A stretch of 64,000 nt of DNA from Faecousia sp. (GTDB lineage Bacteria > Bacillota > Clostridia > Oscillospirales > Oscillospiraceae), in NCBI GenBank assembly GCA_045533345.1, contig JAZSHO010000171.1, positions 9,323 through 73,322 on the forward strand, read 5' to 3'. Position numbers and translations under genes: made by a program. This document shows positions 56,504 through 64,000 of the stretch, in pieces. How positions within the stretch are numbered: position 1 is the first letter of the stretch; the number at the start of each line of letters is the position of its first letter. The notes beneath the pieces were generated by a model that made no database searches, had not been told where the DNA came from, and worked only from the letters and a program-made list of their open reading frames with translations.

Positions 56504-56594
56504 AATATCATGGCATAATTTTACCATCCCTCCCGCAAAAAGGCAATCATCATTTCGCTGCTATGTGGCATGGTAACCCTGGGAGGTGATACTC

Positions 56595-56702
56595 ATGAAA
56601 GAAAAGAAGGAAGAAATCATCATCACAGACCCCTTCGGCAGCTACACGGGCCTCGTGAAGGACCCCAATGAAAAACCTGTCCAGGACGCGGACGATCTTT
56701 GA
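56595..56702 (+). CDS. 35-aa acidic peptide (not in the ORF track)
   Basis: GGAGGTG RBS; MKEKKEEIIITDPFGSYTGLVKDPNEKPVQDADDL; hairpin terminator at 56710-56735. Confidence 0.75.
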   Translation: MKEKKEEIIITDPFGSYTGLVKDPNEKPVQDADDL

Positions 56703-56741
56703 ATGAGAAACATCCCGGGCATATGCCCGGGATGTGCTGTA

Positions 56742-57890
56742 TTAAGCAATTGGGATATAAACCGTTTCCCCGTTTCCATCCCGGAACATCAAAGATTCCA
56801 CCTGGCTGATGTCCAGAATACCGTCGTAAATATCAAACAGGGTAAAGTAGACCATCTTCTCCCGGTCCTCAAAACCGCCGCTGCCGCTGCCGCAGCGATA
56901 CTCACTGCCGTCTTTCATGCGGACACCTAGGACCGACTGGGGCATTTCCACCAGCTCGTCCCAGCCCTCCCAGACCTCCGACAGCTGATACCGGGCTTTA
57001 ACGGTTTTCTGTCCGATCACAGCTTCCAGCAGGACAACTCCACTGTTACCGATTTCGGCATTGGGGGTAACGGTGACGCTGTCTTCCGTACCGGTGAGGG
57101 TCCATCTCAGCTCCCATTTGCCTTTTACCAGGGGAATATCCTTGCCTGCCTTATCGGACTGAGCATTGATGCTGCGGAAAGTGACCACGATCTCCTTATT
57201 CAGCCAGCGACCATCGGCCTCGTCAAAGGTGATATGGTGGGTGTACTCCAAACTGCCATCATCAGCTACAAAATCCAGAATTGCGGATTGATATTCGTCG
57301 TCCCGGAACTGCACGGGCTCTCCTGTGGAAATATAGACCCATTCTCCGTCTTTGTTTACTGTGGTTCCGTGGTAGAAACCGCCGTTCTGCATGGAATAAA
57401 AATCCGGTTGACCGTCAATGGTAATGTCTGGCCATGTGCCGGGCACCTGATCCTCCGTCAATTCAAGTCCTTCGATCCGGAAGGTGATTTCTGCCTGGAA
57501 ATTGTCCACAAGGGTCTGAACGGCAGTGATGGTTACGCCGTTGCTCGTAGCGGACAGCACAGTACCCTCTTCCTGCTTGTTTTCCAGCATTACGGACAGG
57601 CCGCTGTTTTCCGCCTGCTGCTTCACATCCTCGGAAGGATTATACCGGTTCTGGGCATTCTTGGACCACCGGGTAAATACAGCCGCGCCGGTCAGCATCA
57701 TGATCAGCAGCGCTGCTGCGGCGGCGATCAAAACCAGCTTTCTGCAGGTCATAGTTTTGTTTTTCATAGTCGTTTCCTCCATCCGGGCCATTAAGCCCTG
57801 TGCCATTGCGGCCTTGCGTTCCGGGGAAAAGTGAATGGCATCCATGGAAGTTACATATTCTGTTTTCATATTGCGTTTCATTGGGATCAA
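56742..57890 (-). CDS. DUF4179-like anti-sigma factor; start may be 57881
   Basis: Coupled to the ECF sigma gene; single TM; SNGVTITAVQTLVD. Confidence 0.75.
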   Translation of the reverse strand: MIPMKRNMKTEYVTSMDAIHFSPERKAAMAQGLMARMEETTMKNKTMTCRKLVLIAAAAALLIMMLTGAAVFTRWSKNAQNRYNPSEDVKQQAENSGLSVMLENKQEEGTVLSATSNGVTITAVQTLVDNFQAEITFRIEGLELTEDQVPGTWPDITIDGQPDFYSMQNGGFYHGTTVNKDGEWVYISTGEPVQFRDDEYQSAILDFVADDGSLEYTHHITFDEADGRWLNKEIVVTFRSINAQSDKAGKDIPLVKGKWELRWTLTGTEDSVTVTPNAEIGNSGVVLLEAVIGQKTVKARYQLSEVWEGWDELVEMPQSVLGVRMKDGSEYRCGSGSGGFEDREKMVYFTLFDIYDGILDISQVESLMFRDGNGETVYIPIA

Positions 57891-58363
57891 TGGCTCCTTT
57901 CCCTGGTAAGGTATGTCCGCAGCTTCTTCCGCCCGCGGGAAAGATACTGCTCAATGGTATTTTGGGATTTCCCCAAAATTTGAGCGATCTCCCTGGCGGA
58001 ATATTCTTCGTAGTAGAAAAGGTAAAGACTGATGCGATAATTCTCCGGCAAAGTTTTGAGTGCATCCAGAATTTCCGCATCCGGAACCGACGGTGCTGCC
58101 ATGGCAGCCGCATCCTCCAAAGGGGCTGTACGCCGGAAAAACGCGCTGCGCAAATGATCCTTGCAGGCATTGACTGTGGTGCGGATGATCCATGCTTTTT
58201 CATGTTCCATGGTATCAAACTGGGGCTGTAGGGTCAGATATTTCAGAAATACAGTCTGGCAGATATCCTCTGCATCATAGGTATGTTTTAGATAACTGTA
58301 ACTGATCCTTAGGATCAGATCCGCATACAGTGAAACAAGCTGTTTCGCTTGTGCATCATTCAT
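57887..58363 (-). CDS. ECF RNA polymerase sigma factor
   Basis: DAEDICQTVF, KAWIIRTTVNACKD, LPENYR...YSAREIA. Confidence 0.9.
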   Translation of the reverse strand: MNDAQAKQLVSLYADLILRISYSYLKHTYDAEDICQTVFLKYLTLQPQFDTMEHEKAWIIRTTVNACKDHLRSAFFRRTAPLEDAAAMAAPSVPDAEILDALKTLPENYRISLYLFYYEEYSAREIAQILGKSQNTIEQYLSRGRKKLRTYLTRERSH

Positions 58364-58485
58364 CAGAGCGTCACCTTCCTTTCGTTTTTTGAGGCCTCTA
58401 TCCTTAATACGATTCAAATGTTCAAAAGCTGACAGCATTATAACAGAAAAAATGTGGAATGCCAATTTTGACATTCCACATTTTC

Positions 58486-58734
58486 TTATTCTCCCTTATA
58501 CTTCCGCCTGGTGGCCAGGCCGCCCCGGATGTGCCGCTCCTGCTTGTTTACATCCAGAACCTGCCGAACCTGCAGGTAAAGTGCATAATTGTACTGTTTC
58601 AGCCTCTGGGATAGGTCCTTATGTACCGTGGATTTGGATATGCCGAATTTCTGGGCAGCTGCCCGGACGGTGGCACCGGTTTCAATCATGTACACAGCCA
58701 GTTTGCAGGCCCGATTTTCCATAGGTTCTGTCAT
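58486..58734 (-). CDS. spoIIID: Sporulation transcription factor SpoIIID
   Basis: ATVRAAAQKFGISKSTVHKDL...NKQERHIRGGLATRRKY; this is the 3' part of the 58486..59811 track ORF. Confidence 0.95.
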   Translation of the reverse strand: MTEPMENRACKLAVYMIETGATVRAAAQKFGISKSTVHKDLSQRLKQYNYALYLQVRQVLDVNKQERHIRGGLATRRKYKGE

Positions 58735-58765
58735 AGGCTCCCCTCCGATGCTGTGTGCTCTGTGC

Positions 58766-58794
58766 AGTCTATGTGAGAAACAGGCGATATATGC
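58766..58794 (-). promoter_or_regulatory. sigE promoter of spoIIID
   Basis: GCATATA-N14-CATAGACT. Confidence 0.65.
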
Positions 58795-58857
58795 CTCCTT
58801 GACACAAGGCAGGGAAGGGGATAGAATATAGAAAAATATCAGCTTAGGAGTGATCTC

Positions 58858-59901
58858 ATGTTTTACTTCAATAACGATTACAGCGAAGGCTGCCATGAAA
58901 AGGTGCTGCAGGCGCTGACGGCAACCAACCTGGTCCAGACCCCCGGCTACGGTGAGGATGCCTACTGCGCTGAAGCTGCCCGGAAAATCCGCGCACTTTG
59001 CGGTAGGGAAGACCTGGCTGTCCATTTTCTGGTGGGTGGTACCCAGGCAAACTTGACGGTCATTGATGCCGCTTTGCGCCCCCACCAGGGTGCACTTTGT
59101 GCCTGTTCCGGCCACATTCATGTCCATGAAACCGGTGCGGTGGAAGCAACAGGTCACAAATGTCTGGCACTGCCCTCTGAGGATGGAAAAGTGACTGCCA
59201 AGCAGGTGGAGGACTACGTACTGGCCCACCGGGCAGACAGTGCCTTTGAGCATATGGCTCAGCCCAAATTGGTGTACATTTCCAATCCCACGGAACTGGG
59301 TACGCTTTACACCCTTTCCGAGCTGGAAGCTCTGTCCGAAACCTGTCACAAGCTGGGCCTTTATCTGTTCCTTGACGGTGCGCGGTTGGGCTATGGCCTG
59401 GTGGCAAAGGACTATGACGTGACCATGACAGACATCGCCCGGCTGTGCGATGTGTTCTACATTGGCGGCACCAAGGTTGGCGCTCTGTTTGGTGAAGCGG
59501 TGGTCATTGGCAATCCTGCCATTGCAGAAGATTTCCGCTATATCATCAAGCAGCACGGCGGCATGCTGGCCAAGGGCCGTCTGCTGGGCGTTCAGTTTGA
59601 CGTACTGATGACGGACAATCTGTATTTTGATATTGCTGCCCATGCCGTATCCCTTGCAGACCGGCTGAGAAGCTGTTTTGACGAACTGGGTTACCCCTAT
59701 CTGGTCCCCGGTATCACCAATCAGATTTTCCCCATTCTTCCGGATAAGCTGCTGGCGGAACTGGAAAAAAATTTCGTATTCTGCGAGCAGGAACGGGTGG
59801 ATGCAACCCACCGTGCTGTCCGGTTCTGCACCAGCTGGGCCACCACAGAGGAATCCGTGGATGCCCTGTGTAATGCGCTGCGCTCTTTGACGAAAGCCTA
59901 A
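58858..59901 (+). CDS. ltaE: Low-specificity L-threonine aldolase
   Basis: FNNDY, GGTQAN, HETGA, FLDGARL, IGGTKVG. Confidence 0.88.
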   Translation: MFYFNNDYSEGCHEKVLQALTATNLVQTPGYGEDAYCAEAARKIRALCGREDLAVHFLVGGTQANLTVIDAALRPHQGALCACSGHIHVHETGAVEATGHKCLALPSEDGKVTAKQVEDYVLAHRADSAFEHMAQPKLVYISNPTELGTLYTLSELEALSETCHKLGLYLFLDGARLGYGLVAKDYDVTMTDIARLCDVFYIGGTKVGALFGEAVVIGNPAIAEDFRYIIKQHGGMLAKGRLLGVQFDVLMTDNLYFDIAAHAVSLADRLRSCFDELGYPYLVPGITNQIFPILPDKLLAELEKNFVFCEQERVDATHRAVRFCTSWATTEESVDALCNALRSLTKA

Positions 59902-59970
59902 TGTTTACAGCTTGTTTACTGGATTTTTTTAACAACTTGCGGTATACTTGCTGAAAAGGGGGTATGCGGA

Positions 59971-61233
59971 ATGCATATCGATAAGAAAATGATGAAAAAA
60001 GTATTCCTGCTCATTGCAGGAAGCATTCTGTTTGCCTGGCTGGTTTTGGATACGGCCCGGGCCACGGCGTTGTTCCGGTCCTTCTGGGGCCTGATTTCTC
60101 CTTTTGTACTGGGAGCCGTTATTGCGTTTGTTTTCAATGTTCCTATGCGGGCCATTGAGAATCACCTGGAGATCCGCAAAACCGGCCTGCGTCGGACGTT
60201 ATCCATCCTGCTGACCATCGGTGCTATGGTGCTGGTGATTTGGTTTGTGGTGGAACTGCTGGTGCCTCAGATTGGTTTGACCATTGATACCCTTGCGCTG
60301 ACCATTCCTGCTTTCGTAGAACGTACTGCCAACAAGCTGATGGTTCTGATGGAAGAAAATCCGGAACTGAAGGAATGGATTCTGGAAGTGACCAAACTGG
60401 AAAGCATTGACTGGAACAGCATACTGAAAAACACCCTGTCTTTCCTCAGCAATCGCTTCACCACCTGGATGGGCGGTGCTGTAAATGTGATCGGCAATGT
60501 GACCAGCGGCATCGTTAACCTGGTCATCGGTATTGTGTTTGCACTGTACTGCCTGTCCCGAAAGGAAATTCTGGCCCGGCAGGGCAGACGGATTCTCTAT
60601 TCTGTATTGTCTGAAAAGCACGCAGATGAAATCATCCGTGTCATGCGGCTGACCAATGTGACCTTCAGCAACTTTATATCCGGCCAGGCACTGGAGGCTG
60701 TGATTTTGGGGTGCCTCTTTGCTGTTGCCATGGCCCTGTTTAAGATGCCCTATATTCCCCTGGTCAGTGTAACCATTGGCGTTACAGCACTGATTCCTGT
60801 TGTGGGTGCTTTCGTTGGCTGCGTGGTGGGCGCCTTCTTCATTCTGGTGGACGACCCTCTGCTGGCGCTGACCTTTGTGGCTATGTTCCTGGTGATCCAG
60901 CAGTTGGAGAACAATCTGATCTACCCCAGAGTGGTGGGAACCTCCATCGGTCTGCCCGGTATGTGGGTACTGGTGGCTGTTACCATCGGTGGTGAACTGA
61001 TGGGTGTGGGCGGTATGCTGCTGATGATCCCTCTGGCCTCTGTGCTGTACACTTTGGCCCGGGAATTTACCGATAAGCGACTGGCGGAGCGAAACATTCC
61101 TCTGGAAAAGCTCCAGGCCCAGCCCCCGGAAATCAAATCCCAATTCCAGCAAAACAAAGAACGCAAAGAGCGAATCAAACTGCAGAAAATGCGGGAAAAG
61201 TTTATGCAAATGCACAATCAGAAAAAGAAATGA
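59971..61233 (+). CDS. AI-2E family transporter
   Basis: ALIPVVGAF, QQLENNLIYPRVVG, GMLLMIPLAS. Confidence 0.9.
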   Translation: MHIDKKMMKKVFLLIAGSILFAWLVLDTARATALFRSFWGLISPFVLGAVIAFVFNVPMRAIENHLEIRKTGLRRTLSILLTIGAMVLVIWFVVELLVPQIGLTIDTLALTIPAFVERTANKLMVLMEENPELKEWILEVTKLESIDWNSILKNTLSFLSNRFTTWMGGAVNVIGNVTSGIVNLVIGIVFALYCLSRKEILARQGRRILYSVLSEKHADEIIRVMRLTNVTFSNFISGQALEAVILGCLFAVAMALFKMPYIPLVSVTIGVTALIPVVGAFVGCVVGAFFILVDDPLLALTFVAMFLVIQQLENNLIYPRVVGTSIGLPGMWVLVAVTIGGELMGVGGMLLMIPLASVLYTLAREFTDKRLAERNIPLEKLQAQPPEIKSQFQQNKERKERIKLQKMREKFMQMHNQKKK

Positions 61234-61235
61234 TA

Positions 61236-61265
61236 AAAACAGACGGGCGATGCCCGTCTGTTTTC
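61236..61265. terminator. Bidirectional intrinsic terminator
   Basis: AAAACAGACGGGC-gat-GCCCGTCTGTTTT. Confidence 0.75.
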
Positions 61266-61419
61266 ATACCTGGGTAAATTCGTAATCCTCAAATTTCAGC
61301 ATATCGCCCACATCCACACCAAAGGGAAGCAGGGCAATAGCCACCTCAGAAACGATGCCGCTGTCCTGGTATTTGACATAGGCATAGTCGCCTCGGATAT
61401 CAATGATGGTGCAAATCAT
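61264..61419 (-). CDS. 51-aa small protein (not in the ORF track)
   Basis: GGAG RBS; MICTIIDIRGDYAYVKYQDSGIVSEVAIALLPFGVDVGDMLKFEDYEFTQV. Confidence 0.7.
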   Translation of the reverse strand: MICTIIDIRGDYAYVKYQDSGIVSEVAIALLPFGVDVGDMLKFEDYEFTQV

Positions 61420-61431
61420 GTTGGTTCTCCT

Positions 61432-62049
61432 TTATCGGATGAAATTGGTGAATACCTTTTCCTCGGGCTGGGGCAGGCCGGAGGCCTCTTTTTCCCGGGA
61501 AATGGCCCGCATCATAAAGACCATGTTTTTTGCGAGGTTCCGCATGGTGCGGATACCCTCCATATCCTGTGCTGCTTCACCGGGCTTGCTGCCGTGGATC
61601 ATGTTCCAATAGCTGCTGGAGGCAATGGGCATCTGGGAAATGGAAAAATACTTGTTCAGCACATCGAAAGCGGCGGTGCAGCCGCCCCGGCGGGCGCATA
61701 CCACAGCGGCACCTACCTTCATACGAAGATCATAGCCGGCGCTGTAAAACAGCCGGTCCAGGAAGCTGATGAGGGTACCGTTGGGCGATGCGTAATAGAC
61801 AGGGCTTCCCACCACAATGCCATCCGCGTCTTTTAGCTTCCGGGCGGTCTCGTTGACCAGGTCATCAAAGACGCACTTTCCGCTTTTGTAACAGAAACCG
61901 CATGCGATGCAGCCCCGGATATTCTGGGAACCAACCTGGATAGTTTCTGTTTCTACACCTTCGGCAGCAAATACTTCCGCCATCTGTTCCAATGCAAAGG
62001 CAGTGTTGCCATGAATTTTCGGACTGCCGTTGATCAAAAGTACTTTCAT
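61432..62049 (-). CDS. Iron-sulfur flavoprotein (flavodoxin/WrbA-like)
   Basis: INGSPK..GNT, CIACGFC...C, GSPVYYA, RRGG. Confidence 0.9.
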   Translation of the reverse strand: MKVLLINGSPKIHGNTAFALEQMAEVFAAEGVETETIQVGSQNIRGCIACGFCYKSGKCVFDDLVNETARKLKDADGIVVGSPVYYASPNGTLISFLDRLFYSAGYDLRMKVGAAVVCARRGGCTAAFDVLNKYFSISQMPIASSSYWNMIHGSKPGEAAQDMEGIRTMRNLAKNMVFMMRAISREKEASGLPQPEEKVFTNFIR

Positions 62050-62435
62050 ATCGGTACTCCTTTAAGAAATTCGCTCCTGGTTTCTCTGGGCAGAATGGTT
62101 TTGCGTTAGGCGATTAAGGTATACTCGGAATTCGTCCCTGCACTTACGGCCTTAAACCTGAAAATTCAGATTATGTGCGATAAGTGGAATTAACGTAATT
62201 CCACAGCCTGTTTTCGCCCTGAAACGTCCCGGAAATCAGGTAGAACGGTCTTCTTATTTAATTTGATAGTTTATTACAGAGTGAGAAAATGTGAGATAAC
62301 ATACACCATTGGTTATATGTTGGCTTTCTGGATAAAAACAAATTTGATGTATATGCGCTGTGTATTATCGCTCACTTCGCTCAGTACTGTTAGCGTTATT
62401 AATATATCACGATTGTTGAAAGCTTTCAACTATCA

Positions 62436-63218
62436 TTATGAAGGGTTCTTCTGATACAGAAGGGGAGAGATACCCATGACTTTCTTAAACTGTTTGGAAA
62501 AATAGCTGGCATCGCTGATGCCAACCGACAGGGCAACCTCCTGAACGGATCTCTTTGATTGCCGGAGAAGTTTGCATGCCATCTTGATCCGCTTCTCCAA
62601 AATGAAGTCCGAAATTGTCTTTCCAGTCTCTTCGTGAAACCGGGTGGACAGATAGTTGGGACTTAGAAACTGATCTGCAGCGATCTCCTTTGTAGAAATC
62701 GGGTTAGCCAGATTCAAATCAATGTATAGTATTGCTTTTCGAATCGGCTCGGAGTATACTGCAACTGAGTAGTTGTGTGCCAGATAGCAGTACCGCCGGA
62801 GCATTTCCACAACCAACAAAGCAAGCGCTTCCATAGTCTCTGCCTGTTCGATCCGGATGCCAAAGTCGGAGGAAGATTCGTGGATATAGATCGGGTGGAC
62901 ATGGTTGCCCTCAATGGCTTTCCGGAAGAGGGTGTTCATGGTGTGAACACTGTTTTTGAAGTCCCGAAGCCCATCGGAAGAGGTAGGCACTGCTTTCTGG
63001 GAGGGCGATTGCATCAAGGTACCATAGTCGATAATTGCCTGAAATGCACGTGATTCATCGCCGCTGGCGATTGCCTCCAACAGCTTATTCTCTGCCCGGT
63101 ACCGGGCATCGATCAGCTGCATTTCCCGGTTCATATCATAGTTGCTTTCTTCGGGTGCACCGACCGTATCCTGCGAATTCTCCTTAGTCGAAAAGAACAG
63201 CGTCATCACTTCCGACAA
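62436..63218 (-). CDS. AraC-family transcriptional regulator
   Basis: LSPNYLSTRF, VALSVGISDASYFSKQFKKVMGISP. Confidence 0.88.
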   Translation of the reverse strand: MSEVMTLFFSTKENSQDTVGAPEESNYDMNREMQLIDARYRAENKLLEAIASGDESRAFQAIIDYGTLMQSPSQKAVPTSSDGLRDFKNSVHTMNTLFRKAIEGNHVHPIYIHESSSDFGIRIEQAETMEALALLVVEMLRRYCYLAHNYSVAVYSEPIRKAILYIDLNLANPISTKEIAADQFLSPNYLSTRFHEETGKTISDFILEKRIKMACKLLRQSKRSVQEVALSVGISDASYFSKQFKKVMGISPLLYQKNPS

Positions 63219-63406
63219 GTCGACTACATCGCTATTTCTGTTTCGCTGTGCAATTTTTAGGATATCTGTCTGAAAAGAATCGATGTTAATACGGTACCCC
63301 TTTTGTAGAAATATACTTTTATTTTAAGAATACAGGAGAAAATTACAAAAATCAAGTAGCATCCTTATAGAAAAGGAAAGACTGTACTCTGAAAGGAAGA
63401 ATTATA

Positions 63407-64000
63407 ATGAAAGCTTCTTTTTCCCTTATGGAGAAAAAAGTAAATTTAGATCAGATCGAGGGCAGATTTTCAGCTTTCGCCAAGGTTCCTTATGGACTTC
63501 CCGTGCGGCTGAGTAAGCCCCTGGCAGAAGACGGTTACGGAACGATCACCGTTAACGGACAGCCGGTGTCGAAAGCTACCAGCTTCTACATGGATATTGT
63601 GGTGAACATGCACTGTATGCTGGTGCCGGTTGGAGAGGTTGCAACGGAATATGGAAAAGAATATACCATTTCTTTCTTCGGGTTCACTGCCGCGGATGGA
63701 ACTCTCTTCCGGAATCAGTCCTTCAAATTCCGGACTTTACCCAGAGGGGTGAAAGACCCGGCCTATGCCCAGCATGATGAGGTCGCGCTGCAGGCAGCAA
63801 GAGAGGGTATCGTCCTGCTAAAAAATGAGGGAAAAGTTCTGCCTCTGCCCAAGAATGCGGTACTGAATTGCTTCGGCGCAGCCCAGTTTATGTTCCGTAA
63901 TTCTTCTACCGGTGCAAGTCTAATCAAGCCCCGGTGGCAGGCTAACTTCCACCAATCCATTCAGGAACATTCCACTTTTACTGCCAACGAAGAAATCTCA
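63407..64000 (+). CDS. GH3 beta-glucosidase-like protein, partial (runs off the window; not in the ORF track)
   Basis: Open from ATG at 63407 to the window end; VALQAAREGIVLLKNEGKVLPL is a GH3 C-domain entry motif; divergent from araC. Confidence 0.8.
   Translation, partial: MKASFSLMEKKVNLDQIEGRFSAFAKVPYGLPVRLSKPLAEDGYGTITVNGQPVSKATSFYMDIVVNMHCMLVPVGEVATEYGKEYTISFFGFTAADGTLFRNQSFKFRTLPRGVKDPAYAQHDEVALQAAREGIVLLKNEGKVLPLPKNAVLNCFGAAQFMFRNSSTGASLIKPRWQANFHQSIQEHSTFTANEEIS

Overview
Chromosomal window from a spore-forming Bacillota (Clostridia; the gene set suggests Oscillospiraceae-like, which is an inference). It is mostly core housekeeping and sporulation genes: niaR with a NiaY/PfoR-type permease, ispE-spoIIR, addBA, spoVAD-spoVAE, an SH3/NlpC-P60 hydrolase, ireB, T-box-regulated pheST, an M32 peptidase, nnrD with a GerS-like lipoprotein and an orphan mazF, comEA-RR-HK-GerMN-xth, dac-udg, two ABC exporters, asnA, a glycine riboswitch before glyA, a DUF62-ECF-radical SAM operon, spoIVFB with TIGR03960/TIGR03936, rsmE, rlmH, spoIIID, ltaE and a partial GH3 gene. 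There are four single tRNA genes: Thr-CGT, Ser-GGA, Pro-GGG and Pro-CGG. I saw no integrase, transposase or cas gene. The most striking signal is non-coding. All four tRNA genes are followed, past a terminator, by the same ~105-125 bp element: an inverted copy of that tRNA's own T-arm region, a covarying CAACAnnCC(G/T)GTGGnnTGTTG palindrome, 1-2 further hairpins, and a direct copy of that tRNA's 3' end starting exactly at the C of the TTC loop. Other items worth checking are heptamer-flanked palindromic elements, a one-gene cassette at tRNA-Ser, three small ORFs missed by the ORF track (including an N/Q-rich peptide downstream of spoVAE), a NiaR operator and WalR-type boxes. All calls come from reading the sequence by eye; no database searches were run.
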